This document shows positions 30,532-39,775 of a stretch of 64,000 nucleotides of DNA, piece after piece. Each line of letters opens with the position of its first letter. Positions within the stretch are counted from its first letter, which is position 1. Made by a program: the position numbers and the translations under genes. The notes beneath the pieces are model-generated. The model saw only the letters and a program-made list of their open reading frames with translations, did not search any database and was not told where the DNA came from. Origin of the DNA: Myxococcota bacterium (GTDB lineage Bacteria; Myxococcota_A; UBA9042; PHBI01; JAWLBL01); the NCBI GenBank assembly GCA_041687695.1, contig JAWLBL010000005.1, positions 256,799 to 320,798 on the forward strand, read 5' to 3'.

Positions 30532-30951
30532 CGCTCCCAAGACCCTCGTCCGCGCCCTCACCGCGCCCTGCAGCGCCCCGAAGCTCACACCTGCCGGGGC
30601 GACGCGCGTAACATCCTCCTCAGGACTCGAACCCAGGCCCCCTCGCCGCCCGTCCTCGTCGCACCGCGGCGCTCCCGACGGGCCCCTCGACGCCTCCCGA
30701 GCCTCACGCCGCGGCCTCGACGCCCCTCGTCGAAGCGCCCACGCCCGCGATCGGCGCCGCTCGCGCTCGCCGCCAGCGCGCGTCGCCCGTGATCGATGCC
30801 CGCCCTCACGCCCGCTCCCCGTCCCCGTGCTCGCGTCCTCGCGCCGCCACGGCCCTGGGGCCGCGCGCCGTGAAACCGGGAATTTTCAGCCACTTACGAA
30901 CCTTCTGAGGCGGGGAGATCCCGCCCACCGGCGGACCCCGAGGTCACACCC

Positions 30952-32574
30952 GTGGACAGGCTACTCCAGGAGCGACTCGCCCGGCTCGTGCTCGACAAGC
31001 TGCTCGACAGCGGAGAGCTCCGCAGCGTGGCGAGCCAGCGCGCCCTCGCCCTGCGGATGTTCTATCTGCCGCCGAGCATCCGCCTGGACGTCCCCCCCGA
31101 CGACGACTACCTGCCCCTGCTCGACCCCAACAAGCAGGGCAAGGCCATCGCCGGCCTGCGCGACGCCATCCTGCGCATCGTGCAGCACGAGGAGGGCGAT
31201 CACTGGGTGGTCGTCGACCCCGATCTGCAGCTCGACGTCCACCTCCGCGAGCACTCGCGCGTCCCGCGCATCCGCCCCATCTACGAGCCCGACGTCGAGG
31301 ACGACCGCCCGCAGGGTAGCCGCCTGGGCGAGCCGCGGCTGCGCCTGTCGTGGGGCACCCGCAGCGCGGTGCTGCGCGAGCGCCACGGCCTGCTCAAGGT
31401 GGACCTGGGCCCGCGCCGTCCTGGCCTGGTCCTCATCGAGGGCGGCGCCTCCGACGAGGAGGTCGCCTGGCTGTACGCCACCGGCAAGATCCAGGTCATC
31501 GGCGACGACACCAAGCGCGCCCGCCGCTACCCGGCCCGCACGCGCATCCCCGTCACCCACGACATGACCTTCATCGTGCGCGCGCCCTTCGGCGCCATCT
31601 GGCAGCGCAAGGTCCGCATGCAGCTCGAGGTGCTGGGCCTGACCCGCCTCGGCCGCGCCACCATCGCCTTCACCAACCCCACCGGGCAGACGGTCTCGTG
31701 GGACCGCAACCACCAGCCCCACATGCAGCTGGGCGGCGACTTCGTCCTGCACGCCCGCGAGCGCGATCTGGTCGAGATCGAGAACGTCGAGGAGTCGCCC
31801 GCCTCGCTCATCTGGTTCGACGGCAAGCCCCTGACCATCCCGGGCGGCTCGCGGGTGGCCGTCCAGGGCAGCCACCTCAAGGCCCTGGTCACCACCGGCG
31901 GCGGCGCCTGGGCGGCCACGCTCCCCAGCGCCGGCTCGGCCCCGCCCCCGCGCGTCATCCTGCTCGACGGCGAGATGAGCGCCGAGCGCCACGAGGTCCA
32001 GCGCCGCCGCAGCGAGCCGTCCCTGTTCGGCTTCGTCAGCGAGGCGGCCACCATCTTCCAGGACGCCCTCATCCTGGCCCACGTCCAGGGCGACCGCGCC
32101 CCCATCATCGTCAAGAACCCGGCGCACGCCGGCCCCCTGGCCGAGGTCGCCCTCGACGACTGCGCCGGCGCCAAGGTGCGCCTGCTCCGCGACTCGCACG
32201 GCAAGCCCATCGAGGACGCCCCCTGGCGCCACGTCCAGGACGTCCTCGAGCTCTATCCGTCCTCGGCCCGCCTCGAGCTGGTCGGCGCCCCCCAGGTCAC
32301 CTTCGAAGTGCCGCGGCACATCGGCCGGCTGACCATGGACCCCTCCGACCAGTTCACCGTCGACGGCTGGCGCATCCGCATCACCGCCGACGGCCTCAGC
32401 CTCACGGGCGCCGGCAACGGCCCGGTCGACATCGACGGCGCCGCCTACACCGGCCCGAGCCGCCTCGTCTACCAGGACGGCTACCGCATCCGCGCCGGCG
32501 ACGGCGTCTTCCGCATCCTGCGCGGCCACACGCCCTCCTCGCTGAAGGCCTCGGCCAACAGCCTCCCCGGGTGA
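30952..32574 (+). CDS. Hypothetical protein: FhaA-like N-terminal domain (DUF3662-like) plus beta-rich FHA-like domains
   Basis: GAGG RBS and GTG start; N-terminal MFYLPPSIRLDVPPDD resembles the FhaA N-domain; C-terminal GPVDIDG...LVYQDGYRIRAGDGVFRIL resembles an FHA end. Confidence 0.55.
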   Translation: MDRLLQERLARLVLDKLLDSGELRSVASQRALALRMFYLPPSIRLDVPPDDDYLPLLDPNKQGKAIAGLRDAILRIVQHEEGDHWVVVDPDLQLDVHLREHSRVPRIRPIYEPDVEDDRPQGSRLGEPRLRLSWGTRSAVLRERHGLLKVDLGPRRPGLVLIEGGASDEEVAWLYATGKIQVIGDDTKRARRYPARTRIPVTHDMTFIVRAPFGAIWQRKVRMQLEVLGLTRLGRATIAFTNPTGQTVSWDRNHQPHMQLGGDFVLHARERDLVEIENVEESPASLIWFDGKPLTIPGGSRVAVQGSHLKALVTTGGGAWAATLPSAGSAPPPRVILLDGEMSAERHEVQRRRSEPSLFGFVSEAATIFQDALILAHVQGDRAPIIVKNPAHAGPLAEVALDDCAGAKVRLLRDSHGKPIEDAPWRHVQDVLELYPSSARLELVGAPQVTFEVPRHIGRLTMDPSDQFTVDGWRIRITADGLSLTGAGNGPVDIDGAAYTGPSRLVYQDGYRIRAGDGVFRILRGHTPSSLKASANSLPG

Positions 32575-32592
32575 CATCGGAGCTCCCCCTCG

Positions 32593-35500
32593 ATGCTCGA
32601 GAACGTCCCCACCCCCACCGGCCTCACGGCCCACCTGCTGTTCATGGCGATCTACATCGCCACGGCGGCGGCGGGCCTGACCGGCGCGCTGCTCTCGCTG
32701 GTGCGGCGCGAGACCGCGGGCAACGCGGTCCGGGTCTGCGCCATCCTGACCGCCGTCGGCGCCTTCGCGGCCGTCCTGGTCGGCGCCACGGTGGTGCCCC
32801 GCGTCCCCGCCAGCGACTTCGGCTGGGACGCCCAGCTCGTCACGGTCGGCGCCGCCCTGGCCCTGGCCATCAGCAACGTCGTCCTGGCCATCACGGTCGC
32901 CGAGCCCCGCACCGCCGCCCTGGCGACCCTCGCCGGCGCCCTCACCGGCAGCGGCCTGCTGGTCCACCTGCTCCTGTACTCCGCCGCCCCCAGCCTGTCG
33001 GCCGCCATGAACTGGGAGCTCAAGCGCCTGAGCGTCTACGCGGGCTTCGCCGGCCTCGAGGCCCTGCTCTTCGCCCTGCTCGGCGCCACCGTCAGCCTGC
33101 GTCCGCTGGTCGTCTCGCGGACCCTGCACGCGGTCGCCTTCGTCGCGGGCGGGGTCGCCGTCGTCCTGGCGATGAGCGTGGCCGGCGCCTCGACCCTGTC
33201 GCAGCTGGCGGTCGTCGCCTTCATCTTCGTCCCGGCCTTCTTCTGGTTCCTGTGGCTCATGCTGCGCGCCCGCCCGCCGGTGGTCCCGCGCGCCGTGCCC
33301 GGCGCCGACCGCCGCACGCTCGACCGCCTGGCCCACCGCATCCTGTCGGGCCGCCTGGCCATGCGCGCCCGCCTCGCCCGCTTCGCCGGCTCGCTCCGTC
33401 GCCTGCCCGAGCGCCGCTCGACCCTCCTGCTCGCCAGCCTGATGCCCCTGGGCCTCGCCGTCATGGCGCTCTTCTTCGGCTCGGGCGACACCGCCCGCGA
33501 GGCCGCCCGCGTCAACATCGGCGGCGTCGCCTTCACCCCGGCCCTGCTCGTCCCCTTCGCCTTCGCGCCCGCCCTGGGCCTCATCCTCGGCAGCCCCAAC
33601 CTGCGCGCCCGCGGCCTGTGGGGCCTGGGGCTGACCTTCATGCTCTTGGGCCTGCTCGCCGCGCAGAAGGAGATCGGCTACAGCGGCGTGGTCGTCGCGG
33701 TCGCCGCCGCCGCCTTCCTGGCCGCCCGCGGCACCCTCCTGCACCTGGTCATCGGCGGCGCCTTCGGCCTGCTGGCCGTCGCCATCGCCTTCGAGCTGCA
33801 GCCCGTCCTGCCGTGGATCCCGTTCACCGTCCGCGAGCGCATCCTCCTGTGGCTCGGCGCGGCCAGCTTCGTCCGCCGCGGCGGCCACCTGCTCATGGCC
33901 GACCGCGTCACCTACGACGTCGGCGGCTTCTGGGGCATCGGCGTCGACACCGAGGCGCACCTCGATCTGCACAACATGGTCAACAGCCTCGACACCGACT
34001 TCCCGCTGGCGGTGGTCGGCCTGTTCGGCGGCATGCCGTGGCTGGTGTCGTTCATCGTCCTGTTCGTCGCGCTGGCCCTGCTCCTGTTCGACATCGCGCG
34101 CCGCGACAGCCGCCGCAAGAGCTTCTCGACCACGCGCTGGCGCCTGCCGACCCTCATCGGCCTCGCCACCGTCCCCATCGCCTCCACCGCCATCAACCTG
34201 TCGGGCGGCACGACCCAGCTCACGCCCTTCACCGGCGTCCCCGCGGCCTTCCTCAGCTACTCCAGCTTCTTCCTCGGCGGCACCCTGGTCGTCGTCATGC
34301 TCTTCTTCGTCGCGGGCAACGACGGCGCCGTGGTGCGCCTGCTCCGCCGCGGCGCCGAGATCGCGCGGCCCAAGCCCAAGCTGGACCCCGCCCTGCTCGC
34401 TCAGGTGCAGCGCACCAAGGCCCCCGAGCCCTGGTGGGAGAACCTGTCGTGGGCGGGCCTGCGCCTGTTCGGCCGCCGCCAGCTCGAGCGCGTCCGCACC
34501 GCCTCGGTCGACGCCGGCGCCTTCCTGCTGATGGGGGGCCTCGCCGCGGCCTCCTACTTCTGGATCGGCGCCATCTACGACCGCTACGCCGACCGGCCCG
34601 CGGTCCACGCCCACCCCGCCCTGACCAGCCACGTCCGGGTGCGCCCGCTGGTCCCGGGCACCTGGGAGGTGGTCGAGGACACCATCCCGGGCTGGCGCGG
34701 CATCCTGTCCGAGCGGCGTCAGTACCGCCTGGACAACCTGGAGATGCACTTCAAGGGGGGCACGCTCGAGGTGACGGGCGCCTGCTTCCCGTGGCTGCAG
34801 AGCTCGACGCGCGGCGTCTCCCTGGGCTTCGACGGGCTGATGAAGACGCACCTGGCCGGCTTCGACGGCGCCTCGCGCAGCGTCGCCTCGCGGCTGGGCG
34901 CGCGCATCGAGCAGGGCAACGACCTGGTGCTGCCGCTGGCGCCCGTCTGGCTGCGCCACGCGACCGTCACGCGCGTGTCGCCCGGGTGGTTCCGCGTCGA
35001 GTCGGCGACCCCCGGCGCCCGCTACGTCGTCCTCAACGCCCGGGGCAAGCCGGTCAGCGACCCTATGGACGGCCCGATGATCCTGCCCGCCGGGACCGGC
35101 TTCGCGCTGGCCGACGACCGGCGGCTGCGCTTCCGCATCGACGACGTCGAGGGCGACGGCCCCGCCTCGGGCGAGACCTGCCTGCGCAGCTTCGACAAGC
35201 CGATGTTCACCTGGCCGCTCGACCCGTGGCGCCACACGCTGGTCGGCGGCCCGCGCCTGCTCCGCCGGGCGCCCATCGACAACAGCATCGACTTCGAGTT
35301 CGCCGAGGACTTGAAGCGCGCCGCCGAGCACCACCTGGTCGGCGTCCGGGCCGACGGGACGCTGTGGGTGGCGCCGTGGGACCGCGCCACGCGCGAGGCC
35401 TGGGACCCCATCACCCAGCGGGTCTTCGCGCGCGCCTTCCGCGTCAAGCGCTTCAAGACCGACGACGGCGGCGTCCGCGAGGAGCTGCACTGGATCCGCC

Positions 35501-37215
35501 GCTTCTACTTCGACGGCGGCTCCAAGGTGCGCGCCGACGCCGAGCTCGACGCCTTCGCCTCGAGCTGGACCGGCCACCTCGCCGGCCTCGCCGACCCGTT
35601 CCGCTTCAGCCTGCCGCTGCCGACCACCGCGGCGGGCGAGCTCATCCGCGAGGCGGGGACGGTGATGGACGCGAAGAACCGGCCGCTCGCCTACTACGTG
35701 CCCGAGGAGCAGCGCTTCGAGGTGACGGTGCCGCAGACGGGCACCATCTTAGGGTGGGGCTTCACCGAGCGCGGCATCTTCGGCGGCACGCTGCGCGTCT
35801 TCCGGCGCCTGCTGATGGGGCGGCTGGTCCGGCCGGTCGGCATCGAGGCCGAGCTGACCGAGCGCATCCTCGACCGCGAGGCGACCTTCATCGGCGCCGA
35901 CGTGATGCTGACCCTGGACGCCGAGCTGCAGGCCGGCCTGCAGAAGATCGTCGACGAGGAGTGCGCCATCCTGCAGCGGGGCGGCCGCGGCGACTACAAG
36001 GCCCGCGGGCGCGCGCTCATCCTGGGGCCACACAACGAGATCGTGGCGATGGCCCAGTGCCCGGGCGTCGACATCCGGACCCTCGAGCAGGCCGAGGAGC
36101 TGGTCCGGATGCAGAAGGAGCAGCCCTACGAGGCGCCCGCGCTCGACGTCCTGCACCGCACCGTCACCGTGGGCTCGACCGCCAAGGTCGGCATGGTCGT
36201 CGCCGCGGCGCGCGACCCCAAGAAGTACTTCAAGCCCTACGACAAAAAGGACATCTGCATCCGGGCCGACGACGACCCGGGCAACAGCTCCCGCGGGTGC
36301 TTCCGCGAGCCGGGCCTGCTCACGAGCGTCAAGGGCGAGAAGATCGCGCCCGTGAAGAACTTCGCCGGCGCCGGTTACGGCGGCGTCACGACCATCCGCC
36401 AGCTCCTCGTCAAGTCGATCAACACGGCCTCGGCCTACCTCGCCGGCCGCCTGGGCCTCGCGGAGTTCCAGGACTTCTACGACCTCGTCGAGATGACCCG
36501 GCCCTACGACCTGGTCCCGGACGTCATCGGAAAAAACCCCAAAATTGCCATCGAGCTCGACCGTTGGCACGGTGATCCACTGACGGCCTGGCGCGCGCGC
36601 CTCGGCGAGCTGCCGCCCGGCCCCGACTATTGGCGCATGAGCTACGACGTCCGCCTCGCCCTCAGCGGCTTTTCGGACTTCAGCATGCTCCACGTCGGCG
36701 TGGCCACCGGCATCATCGCCCGCGACGGCATCCACTACCGTCCGTACATGGTCCGCGGCATCCGCGACCTGATGGACGGCCAGGTGCTGAAGGTCGACGT
36801 CCCCAGCTCGTTCCGCGTCATCGCGTCGCCCATCGCCGGCTACCTCAAGAGCGCGATGGTCGACACCGTCGACCACGGCACGGCCGGCGGCATGCGCGGC
36901 ATGCTCCCGCCCGAGGTCTGGAAGGAGACCGGCGGGAAGACGGGCACGGGCGAGACGGTTCGCCTCATCAGAGGGGGCACCTCGTCGAGCGGCAACGTCA
37001 AGTCGACCCAAGACCACAAGTTCTTTACCGGATTCTGGCCCGCGTCCTCAGCCACGCCCTACGTCGTCGTCACCGGCTTCGAGTACGCGAGCCACATCGA
37101 CACCCGCGTCGCGGTCCGCTGCGCCGCGCGCGCCATCGACATGCTCGCGAAGGTCGTGAGCGGACCGACCACCACCACGCAAAGCACCCACTCAGCCTCG
37201 GAAGCCACGCCATGA
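32593..37215 (+). CDS. SEDS (RodA/FtsW) glycosyltransferase - beta-rich linker - class B PBP transpeptidase fusion, 1540 aa
   Basis: Multi-TM N-half with QKEIG, LDTDFPLAVVGLFGG, PFTGVPAAFLSY; C-half DVMLTLDAELQ, SxxK (GSTAK, 36175), SxN (SIN, 36415), KTGT (36937), HKFFTGFWP. Confidence 0.88.
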   Translation: MLENVPTPTGLTAHLLFMAIYIATAAAGLTGALLSLVRRETAGNAVRVCAILTAVGAFAAVLVGATVVPRVPASDFGWDAQLVTVGAALALAISNVVLAITVAEPRTAALATLAGALTGSGLLVHLLLYSAAPSLSAAMNWELKRLSVYAGFAGLEALLFALLGATVSLRPLVVSRTLHAVAFVAGGVAVVLAMSVAGASTLSQLAVVAFIFVPAFFWFLWLMLRARPPVVPRAVPGADRRTLDRLAHRILSGRLAMRARLARFAGSLRRLPERRSTLLLASLMPLGLAVMALFFGSGDTAREAARVNIGGVAFTPALLVPFAFAPALGLILGSPNLRARGLWGLGLTFMLLGLLAAQKEIGYSGVVVAVAAAAFLAARGTLLHLVIGGAFGLLAVAIAFELQPVLPWIPFTVRERILLWLGAASFVRRGGHLLMADRVTYDVGGFWGIGVDTEAHLDLHNMVNSLDTDFPLAVVGLFGGMPWLVSFIVLFVALALLLFDIARRDSRRKSFSTTRWRLPTLIGLATVPIASTAINLSGGTTQLTPFTGVPAAFLSYSSFFLGGTLVVVMLFFVAGNDGAVVRLLRRGAEIARPKPKLDPALLAQVQRTKAPEPWWENLSWAGLRLFGRRQLERVRTASVDAGAFLLMGGLAAASYFWIGAIYDRYADRPAVHAHPALTSHVRVRPLVPGTWEVVEDTIPGWRGILSERRQYRLDNLEMHFKGGTLEVTGACFPWLQSSTRGVSLGFDGLMKTHLAGFDGASRSVASRLGARIEQGNDLVLPLAPVWLRHATVTRVSPGWFRVESATPGARYVVLNARGKPVSDPMDGPMILPAGTGFALADDRRLRFRIDDVEGDGPASGETCLRSFDKPMFTWPLDPWRHTLVGGPRLLRRAPIDNSIDFEFAEDLKRAAEHHLVGVRADGTLWVAPWDRATREAWDPITQRVFARAFRVKRFKTDDGGVREELHWIRRFYFDGGSKVRADAELDAFASSWTGHLAGLADPFRFSLPLPTTAAGELIREAGTVMDAKNRPLAYYVPEEQRFEVTVPQTGTILGWGFTERGIFGGTLRVFRRLLMGRLVRPVGIEAELTERILDREATFIGADVMLTLDAELQAGLQKIVDEECAILQRGGRGDYKARGRALILGPHNEIVAMAQCPGVDIRTLEQAEELVRMQKEQPYEAPALDVLHRTVTVGSTAKVGMVVAAARDPKKYFKPYDKKDICIRADDDPGNSSRGCFREPGLLTSVKGEKIAPVKNFAGAGYGGVTTIRQLLVKSINTASAYLAGRLGLAEFQDFYDLVEMTRPYDLVPDVIGKNPKIAIELDRWHGDPLTAWRARLGELPPGPDYWRMSYDVRLALSGFSDFSMLHVGVATGIIARDGIHYRPYMVRGIRDLMDGQVLKVDVPSSFRVIASPIAGYLKSAMVDTVDHGTAGGMRGMLPPEVWKETGGKTGTGETVRLIRGGTSSSGNVKSTQDHKFFTGFWPASSATPYVVVTGFEYASHIDTRVAVRCAARAIDMLAKVVSGPTTTTQSTHSASEATP

Positions 37216-38588
37216 ACCCCTCTGCCCCTCGCGTCCCTCGCGGCCTCCTCGCCGCGATCCTCGGCGTCCTCACGCTCGCGCTGGCCGTCCCCGCCCAGGC
37301 GCGTCCGCCGCGCGAGCGCCGGCCCGCCCAGCCCACCGAAGCCGAGCGGGTGCTCGAAGGCGGCCCCGCGGCCCAGCAGGGCGCCCAGGCCGCCGGGGCC
37401 CCAGCGGCCCGACAGTGGCACGCCTCGTGCTCGAGCCCCTACCGCCGCCCCATGTCGATGGTGCTCGGCTTCGACGAGTTCCGCGACTACCGCCCGGCGC
37501 AGCTCGCCGAGCCCGAGGCGGTGCGGCAGCTCCTCGGCACCGCCTGCGCCGGCGACCGCGTGGTGCTCGCCGCCGTCGGCATGGACGTGCGGCTGCTGAC
37601 CGAGCCGACCACGCTCAAACAGCCGGCCGACATCGACGCGCTGGTCCAGGCCGTGGCGAGCCGCCGCGAGCCGACCCTGTACACGCGCATCAACGACAAC
37701 CTGACCAAGCTGGCCAGCGAGGAGTGGTCGCGCGCCGAGAACAAGGACAAGCAGGATCTGCTGCGGGTGCTCATCTTCTTCACGCGCCACGTCGAGAGCC
37801 GCAAGCCCTCGAAGTCCTACGTGAACGACTTCTCGTGGGCGTCCCCGCCCTTCTGGCTCGAGGGCATGGCCATGGTGGGCGTCATGCGCCCGCTGGTGGC
37901 CGACAAGAAGATCGAGGCCTGGGATCTCTCGGTGGTGACCACGCCCGGCTTCGTCGACCGCAAGCAGCTGTCGACGGGGCTCAAGCCGGATCTGACGGCG
38001 TTCATCGACGGCGCCCGTATGAAGGAGCGGCCCAAGGAGGTCGCCCGGATGGAGGTCAAGCAGACGGCGCAGGGCCCGGTCATCATCGGCGCGCCCAAGC
38101 TGCCCGAGCTGTGGCCGGTGCCCGACGGCGCCATCCTGTGGGACGACGCCTGGACGCCCTGGGCCATCGCCGCGGGCCTCGGCCTCGCGCTGGTGCTGGT
38201 GCTCATCTGGGCCCTGGCGCGCTCGGCCCCGCCGCGCAACCTCGGCGTCGCCAGCTCCGACGCCAAGGAGCTGACCCTCATCATCCACGACCGCCTGCAC
38301 GGCACCGTCGTCGGCCAGGAGAAGGCCCGCCTCGAGGCCGCCCTGCGCGTCGGCCCGTCCGTGTCGAGCGACGTCATCATCCCCGGCCCGTACGCCCTCG
38401 AGATCATCCCGGGCTCCAACGGCTCGGCGCCGCGCCTGCGCTCGACCAACACCCTGCCGGTCGAGGTGCAGCGCGCCTCCGGCGGGCGCCTGCTGCACGC
38501 GACCGACGCCATCCCGGTCCCCATCCGGTCGGGCGACCGCGTCCACCTCGGCGGCGGCCACGAGCTCGAGGTCCGCTACACGACCTGA
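37212..38588 (+). CDS. Membrane protein: signal peptide, vWA-like alpha/beta ectodomain, TM, cytoplasmic FHA-like domain
   Basis: ATGA overlap; signal peptide ending AQA; GDRVVLAAVG and LRVLIFFT (vWA-like strands, no DxSxS); TM WAIAAGLGLALVLVLIW; C-terminal LRVGPSVSSDVII...IRSGDRVHLGGGHELEV. Confidence 0.6.
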   Translation: MNPSAPRVPRGLLAAILGVLTLALAVPAQARPPRERRPAQPTEAERVLEGGPAAQQGAQAAGAPAARQWHASCSSPYRRPMSMVLGFDEFRDYRPAQLAEPEAVRQLLGTACAGDRVVLAAVGMDVRLLTEPTTLKQPADIDALVQAVASRREPTLYTRINDNLTKLASEEWSRAENKDKQDLLRVLIFFTRHVESRKPSKSYVNDFSWASPPFWLEGMAMVGVMRPLVADKKIEAWDLSVVTTPGFVDRKQLSTGLKPDLTAFIDGARMKERPKEVARMEVKQTAQGPVIIGAPKLPELWPVPDGAILWDDAWTPWAIAAGLGLALVLVLIWALARSAPPRNLGVASSDAKELTLIIHDRLHGTVVGQEKARLEAALRVGPSVSSDVIIPGPYALEIIPGSNGSAPRLRSTNTLPVEVQRASGGRLLHATDAIPVPIRSGDRVHLGGGHELEVRYTT

Positions 38589-38647
38589 CGGCGGCGATCA
38601 GCCCGCGCCCCTCACCTTTGTCCCCACCCGCGCGCATCGAGAGAGCC

Positions 38648-39772
38648 ATGCGACAACCCTTCATCATCGTCGGCGCCGGAACCGATGTGTCCACCCGGGT
38701 CATCCTCCCGGCCTGCCAGCGCATCCGCGAGATGCACGGCAGCTGGCCCAACCACGTCTACGCCCTCATCGCGGACGGCGACGAGCAGACGCGCACGCGC
38801 TACACGCAGGCCAAGCTCCCGGCCGACCGCGCCGCCTTCGTGCCGCTGTCGCTGGTGCAGGTCCGCGAGGCCCTGGCCTGGCGGCGCGACGAGTTCCGCG
38901 ACGCGTGGCGCGACGACTGGCAGCAGCTGCTGGTCCAGGGCCCCGACAACGGCGCCTGCATGGTGCCGGCCATCGGACGCATGATGATGAAGGCGGCGCG
39001 CCCCGCCATCATCCAGCACCTGCGCGCCTTCGAGCGGCGCCTCGACGCCCAGGGCGGCAAGGCGCCCGAGATCTACGTGGTCTGGTCCCCGGTCAGCGGC
39101 ACCAGCCGCGGCAGCGTCGTCGACCTGCCGCGGTATCTGCGGGCCATCTTCCCCGAGTCGCCCATCCACGCGGTCGTCGTGCACCCGGTGGGCGTCGAGG
39201 AGCTGGACCCCGCGGTGGCGCGCATCTTCCAGGCGAACTTCATCGAGGCGCTGCGGCTCATCGACCACTACTCGAACACCGTCAGCTACGAGACCTGGGT
39301 CGACGACCAGGCCGGCTGGCAGCGCTTCGAGGGGCGCCTGGTCGACACGGTCTTCTCGTTCGACGAGCAGTACGGCAACACGCGCTTTCGCCACCTGGCG
39401 GAGACCCAGCGCACGCTGCCCGGGCGGCTCGAGGCGTTGACCTCGCGGGTGGCCGACTTCCTGGCGGGCGTCGCCGGCGGCGACCCGCTGTACGAGCGCA
39501 TGCGCGCGCGCTTCGCGGACGCCGAGATGCACCGGGCCGACCGGCGGCTGGCCGGCCATCGGACCTACCTCTTCGGCGTGCACGAGGCCCGGGCGAGCCT
39601 GGACATGAAGGCCTTCAAGCAGGCGCTCATCGAGCGCGTCATGGAGCGCATCGGCGGCCGCCTCGCGGAGGCGAAGCGGCCCGACGCGACCGACGCGCAC
39701 GCTCAGAGCGTGACCCTCTTTGGCGACACCCTCGGCCGCGCGGAGCTGGCCGGGGACATGACACAGGAATAG
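38648..39772 (+). CDS. Divergent tubulin/FtsZ-like (Tubulin_2-type) protein
   Basis: FIIVGAG (T1 loop), NGACMVPAIGR, IYVVWSPVSGTSRGSVVDL (degenerate GGGTGSG), ANFIEALRLIDHY. Confidence 0.75.
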   Translation: MRQPFIIVGAGTDVSTRVILPACQRIREMHGSWPNHVYALIADGDEQTRTRYTQAKLPADRAAFVPLSLVQVREALAWRRDEFRDAWRDDWQQLLVQGPDNGACMVPAIGRMMMKAARPAIIQHLRAFERRLDAQGGKAPEIYVVWSPVSGTSRGSVVDLPRYLRAIFPESPIHAVVVHPVGVEELDPAVARIFQANFIEALRLIDHYSNTVSYETWVDDQAGWQRFEGRLVDTVFSFDEQYGNTRFRHLAETQRTLPGRLEALTSRVADFLAGVAGGDPLYERMRARFADAEMHRADRRLAGHRTYLFGVHEARASLDMKAFKQALIERVMERIGGRLAEAKRPDATDAHAQSVTLFGDTLGRAELAGDMTQE

Positions 39773-39775
39773 GCG

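Noticed and set aside
30961..36575. 1538-aa minus and 1741-aa plus alternative-frame ORFs
   Set aside because: Antisense and off-frame shadows (the plus one Arg/Pro-rich) of genes with clear motifs.
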